Assembly: GCF_011386835.1 (NCBI RefSeq)
Contig: NC_088797.1
Location: 34,410,001-34,474,000 of the forward strand
Direction: 5' to 3'
Source of the DNA: Chrysemys picta bellii
Lineage: Eukaryota
DNA: 64,000 nt
Part shown: positions 58,753 to 64,000 of the stretch, piece by piece
Layout: every line of letters begins with the position of its first letter
Position numbering within the stretch: position 1 is the first letter of the stretch
Translations under genes and position numbers: made by a program
The notes under the pieces: generated by a model
The model's input: only the letters and a program-made list of their open reading frames with translations
Databases searched by the model: none
Told to the model about the DNA's origin: nothing

Positions 58753-61700
58753 CAAACCCAGCGGCATCTTCTCCAAGGGTGAGGAAGAATCAGGTGGCAG
58801 CACAGCCAGGAAGCCATGTGTTGTTAAGAGCAATGAAGGGATTCCCAAGGGAACGCATGTCCTGAGATGGGAGCTGTGTGTGTGAAAGGTCTCTGCGCCC
58901 ACTCCTGTGGACCATGCACATACTTGCTGCATCTGAGACCTCCTACCAAAAAGACGCTGCCGGGGTATGGAAAGGGTTAAATGCCCAGGGCCCAGCCTGC
59001 CCAAGGGAGGGAAACAGGGCTGGGTGACTGCTGAATGAATGACAGCAGGAAGCCCTGAGCAGCATGTGCACAGGGCTCTGTAGCGATGCAGGAGCAGGGC
59101 TCTGGTCGGGGAGGGAATAAGGACTGGGTTGCCTGAGGCAGGGAGTGTGAGAGTCCCAAGTACCAGCTGCCTGTCCTGGGCCCTGCAAGGGTGTGTGTGG
59201 AATGGAGCCGCGCAGCCCTTTTCAATAGGCCAAGAGGCTGGGGCTCAGCTGCCAGAGACTGACCGACCGATCTATCTGTCTGCCTTTCTAGCCTTGTCCA
59301 TGTGCGCCTCCCTCATGGTGGTCTCTGACTCCAGCCTTGGCACTGATCATGGCCGCCTGTCCCACCATTTCCAAATCTCACCTGCCTCTGCCCCCGCCGC
59401 CGCAGTCACAAAGTTGCCTGCATGGAGAGCTGCATTTTATAACTGGGCAGTCTTGTTTACGAAGAGCAGGGGGACTATTTCTGGGGGCTGGCTGTGAGTG
59501 AATGTCCTTCTTTGTTGGAATGTGCCCGGAGTGGTGTGCAGCTGTCATGTGAGGGAGCATCGATTTCCCAACTAGCTCAGCCCTTTTGAAATCCGCTGCC
59601 TTTGCCAGGACCTCGTGGGGTGGCTAAAAACTGCCCAAGGAAGCTGAGCTGGGGCAGGATGAGCTGGCAGCTCGGGCCCTGGGCCCTCCCCACCAGGTCG
59701 CTATGGCAATATGAATTTTCTTTTAAGAATCTCTGCTCAGCTTCTGCATTTCCACTGACTCATGCCGGGCAGACTGGGCCTTTCCTGCCAGGGCCGCTCC
59801 CATTCATGCTGGTGGCTTCTGACTCTGCCTAGTGGCAGCCAGAGCCGCTTTAGAGGAGTCAGCAAGAAACGGTTCCCCGGGAGCCTACGCTGGGGCCAGC
59901 CCCCAGCATCCTCCTCCCCTTTCCCTTCACTTTGCAGCCACCCAGCCTGCGTGGAAAATACGCTTCCCAGAACAAGGCCCTTAAAGAGTCTCCCAGGAGG
60001 CATGGAGCAAGCCTGGAGCCAGGCCAGGGAGTTAGAAAGTCAAACTCTTTACTGTGGGAGCCAGCTAGCAAGATCCTGTGTTAAACGGAGCCCCAGGGGC
60101 CTGGAGAGAGAGGGAGCAAGCTGGACCATGCAGCCTGTCTCAGCACAGCCTCCTTCAGGTCGGTTTACAAATGCTTCGGCCTAGCAATCCCCTCCCTGCT
60201 CCTTGTGCAGCTAATAGAGAGTGGAACCTGCCCAGCTCCCTTCCTGCCAGGGAGTTTTTCTGTCTCAGATGTGACAAATTCTCTTTCCTGTGTTAAGAGC
60301 TCAAAAATGTTTGCACCAGGGCCCGGCACACATTTTGTTCGGAGTGTCCAAAACTTGGTTCCTTTGAGCGTGGGCTCAGAGAGGCGTCGGAAAGCACCAG
60401 GGACAGGCCAGCTTGCCTCTCAGGGCGTTTTTGGATATTGTGTGTATGAGAGGAGAAGAGGCAGAGGAGCGTCCCAGTATCCCCTGCTGGAGTCCCGGGC
60501 ATTGGGTCTGGTGCTAGCGATGCCCCTTTCCCATGCTGGTAACATCTCCAGTGGATTCTCCTGCAGGTGCTGTGGAAGCCAAACGGGAGCCCAACTTAGA
60601 ATGGACTTTCTGTCCCTTTTCATGCCAGGCATCCCTGCACACAGGCACCTGCCCTGCAGCCCTATACCATGTCCTTTGCACGCTCACTTCCTGAGAGCTG
60701 CTGGTAGTGACCCAGGATCAGTTCTTCAAGGCAGGGGAAAATTTCCCCTTCCCTGGCTGATGGCATTGTTGCCGCGAGCGGGCGGCAACGGCACATCACT
60801 CACTCCGCCCCAGAGGTGCTTGTCCAAGTCAGGCTGCTTCCCCCTGCCTCACACAGCTCTTCACTGCTCCCTGCCCTGCCCTCTCCATCAATCATAAACA
60901 TGCCTCACGCTGTTCTCTGGCATCTCCTCGCCAAACCAGTTCTCTGACTCTCAGGCGGGGGAGGGGGAGAGTCCAAGTGCTGTCGGTGTCGGAGAGGCAG
61001 GCACCCTTGCCTATCCCAGCTCTGCAATGTTCCCCCCCTCCCATGCCAGCAGGTCTGATGCAAGAGGGGGAGGAGGCCCGGGGACGACCATGCACTTGAG
61101 GCCAGGTTACTTCTCATGTCCACGGACCAAGTGAGCTCTGTCAGGCAAGGTGGGAGTGTAGCCCATGGCAGTTGTGCCCTGGCACCTGCACCCAGTGGCT
61201 GTGGGGTAGCCTGGCACCTGTGTGTGGTGACTGCTGCACCCAATTACAATTCTGAGCTGTGGCTGAGCTGGGCTTGGTGTAGTCTGGAGGGGTGGTGGAT
61301 AGGGGACTGTGTAAAATTGGGCAGCTCCAACTTCCTTTGAGAGTCAGGGCTGCCTGTGAGCCATGCAGGAGCCCAGCATAGCTGGAACACCATGGGCAGG
61401 ACCCACTGCTGCCCTTCACACATGTGCTAAGAGACTGAAATGCTTCCAAGCAGAGCAGCAGCATTTTAATGCACAGCAGACAGGGAATCAGCCCCAATGT
61501 GCAATGGCCATGCCTCCCCTCCCCCTGAACTGCTCCCTCTTCTCCCCGGCCATGCCCCTACATGGGGGTGGGGTGGGGGAAATATAGGGTGCTAGCCAGA
61601 GGAGAGCCCCCATAGAGCTGGGGGAGGCCAGAGTAGGAGCTGGGAGTGTAACCCCAGCACTGGCGAACTGGGGAGCGGTTCTTCCAGTGCTCAGGGTGGC

Positions 61701-62479
61701 AGTTTGCAGGTGATGCACATGGTGCCCTGGGGCACGGCATGGGGGTGAATCATGTCGCTCTGAGGAGCGATGCCCCTTAGCCGCATGCAGAAAGGGGAAC
61801 TGATACACTCAGGGTTCCTAGCCCGGTGCAGGGCCTTCCGCCCCATGCCCAATCCCCCATCTGCTAGTCTCAGCCCCTCCTGGCGATGCCCCGGAGCATC
61901 ACAGTGCAGCCAGGGCTCCTTCTGCCTGTGGCTGGGGGAGGGGAGGCTTGGAGTGTCTCCTTTCAATGAGCCATGCCTCCGGTATGTGCTGGCTGGCTGT
62001 GCTGCAGTGCTCATTCAGAGGGCGATTCAGTGGGGGTGCTGCAGTGGCTGGAAGTGCTGCTCACCAGGGGCTGGGATTGAACAGAGAGGGCTTGGCACCT
62101 GTCAGGGTCAGACACTGCACCCCATGGCCTGCCCCTTGCTTCACAGGGGCTGTTGGTTATCAGTGGCTCATCTAACCTGGCATCTGGGCTCTGCCAGAGG
62201 AAGCAGATCCCCCCCACATGTAATGCATTGGGTCAGTGTTCAATACTGAAGGGGGTGGGGTCTTCCTAGCACAGGCCAAGGACCCCACTGGAATACACTG
62301 TCACTAGAGGATAGAGTGGCCTCGCAGCTGTTCTGGTTGTAGCTGCACGGGCTAATCAGAGTCATGCGCAGCTCTATCCATTCATCCGTGCTCATTTGAT
62401 TGTGATGGGGCTCTGGGTCTCACTGGTAGCTGCATCACAGAGTTCCACAGCGGAGTACATGTTGTGTAATAAAGGTATT

Positions 62480-62720
62480 TTATAGGAGAGGGAGCCGGGG
62501 TTAGGACTCCTGGGTTCTATCTGTGGCTGTGGGCTGTATCCAGTGGGTTAGAATCAGGGGGTTGGGAGCCAGGTCTCCTGGGTTCCATCCCCAGCTCAAG
62601 GAGGGGAGTGAGGGTCTAGTGACAAGAACTGGGAGTGGGGGGAACAACTTGGATTCTCACGTTCCAGGCCCTACTCTGCTCTGACGTGCTGTGGGACCTT
62701 GGGTGAGTCTCTCCACCTTT
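62480..62720 (+). repeat. tRNA/CORE-SINE-related tandem repeat ('gggagccaggactcctgggttc...gtggttagagcag')
   Basis: The same degenerate unit recurs at about 21200-21290, 33510-33590 and 40350-40480. Confidence 0.55.
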
Positions 62721-64000
62721 GTTTCCCACTTGGTAAAACAGGATTCATGGCCCTGATGTGCTCGCCAGGGAGCTTTGAGCTTGCACCAGTCAGTGCAGAA
62801 GAAGCACTTGGAAATCGTGGTTTGGAAGTCCTGAACTGACATTAAATTCACTGACCTGTATCTTCATAGTGAGATAGCTCCTGCTTGTAACCAGCTGGGG
62901 TAGAAGGGACCATTCATGGTCCATTCATCTGGCCCATGCATACCCCTCGGATAAGATTTTAGAAACACCACAGACAGAGATGCCCCTCTTAAAACCAGTC
63001 CTTCCTTCTTACGCCTCTGTAGCACAACCTTCCCCTCTTCTCTTTCCCACCCCTCAGACTCGTCAGCTCCTTGGGGCTTGCAAGGCTGCACAGTGGCTGG
63101 AGGCAGCCTTTGCCATTCCCAAGAGAGCAATATTCAATAGTAAACCCTGGTCTCCTGCCCCTCCCCCTCTCTGCTTGGTCATGCTGACTCTTCTATGGAG
63201 CATTTGCAGGAGAACAGCCTGAGACCCAGCAAACCTTTGGCTGCCATTCTCTCCCCAGGGTCTCATGCGCCTGCCCATCACTCTGTCAGAGGCTGGGTCT
63301 GTCTCAGTCAGTCACCGCCGGCTCCATGTGCCCGCTCTTTCTGCAGGTACTTGAGCTTCCTGCAGCTGCTGCCGCCGAGGAGTCCTGTCTCACTGAGGAG
63401 GATGCAAAGGCTTGGCCGAGCACCGTCCCTGACCCAGGTGTCTTTGGTAACGTGCTCATGAGGGCCAGTCAGATGATCCTGAAAATAAGGGTTTAAAAGC
63501 AAACATCTGATTCCATTTAGTGGGGTCACATGTAGCCAGAACAGCGAGACATTTTCTCCAGAGATGTCTCTGAGCTGAGACTAGCCAGCACCTTGGTGGG
63601 CTGGGGAGCTGTCCTGGGGAAAATCAGAGCAGTGTTGTGTGTGAGGAGAGATATATATGATGTGTGAGGATGTGGGCACGTGTCGGCTGAGGGAGTGGTG
63701 TATCTATAATGAACATGTGCTGTGTGTGGGGGAGGTGTAGTGTGTGGTGTATGTATATTTTGTGTGTGTGGTGTATCTATAGTGAGTTTGTGTGTTTGTA
63801 TATGTATTAGTGTGTGTTACCAGGCTCAGCTGGCTGAGGGGGCTGGTAGTAGCAATGGAAAAAGCCCTGATAACAAACCAGGCCTCATGAATTCATCACT
63901 GAATGATCATACAACCCACAAATGAGTCATGTGCCCAGACCGCAGGGCTTGGTTTCTCTCTTGTTCTTATCTTGGCTAGGATCATGTGTGCACTTGGCCT

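Noticed and set aside
55830-59497. Phase-1 exon candidates at about 56029 and 59294 as continuations of the 53126 exon
   Set aside because: Phase compatibility has a 1-in-3 chance, the peptides show no recognisable features, and the donors are ambiguous.
60205-60897. 230-aa plus-strand ORF and the small GTTGCCGC/GCGGCAAC hairpin at 60768-60789
   Set aside because: Non-ATG start, random-looking Cys/Gly/Pro-rich composition, and a hairpin too short for a pre-miRNA.

Overview
Vertebrate genomic DNA, GC-rich. It is most likely from a turtle, inferred from the CR1, Penelope-like and hAT/MITE repeat fragments. The region corresponds to the human 11q12.3 neighbourhood (ZBTB3, POLR2G, EEF1G). I rebuilt the exon chains by hand from GT-AG sites and reading-frame phase. 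Gene order: first coding exon of a DACT-family gene, probably DACT4 (minus strand, running off the left edge); a complete 4-exon MAP1LC3C-like ATG8 gene (+); ZBTB3 (-); a complete PLD3/PLD4-family gene with a very long N-terminal tail (+); POLR2G (+, 8 exons); EEF1G (+, 10 exons). The remaining ~27 kb has no recognisable protein-coding sequence, only repeats, minisatellites and a few orphan exon-like segments. The most interesting signal is three intact-looking genes with no counterpart I know of at the human locus. These are DACT4, an LC3C-like protein that ends directly on the lipidation glycine and carries a natural K49R-equivalent change, and a probable fourth PLD3/4/5 paralogue with two canonical HKD motifs. 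Most entries in the ORF track are shadow ORFs caused by high GC content and strand skew.
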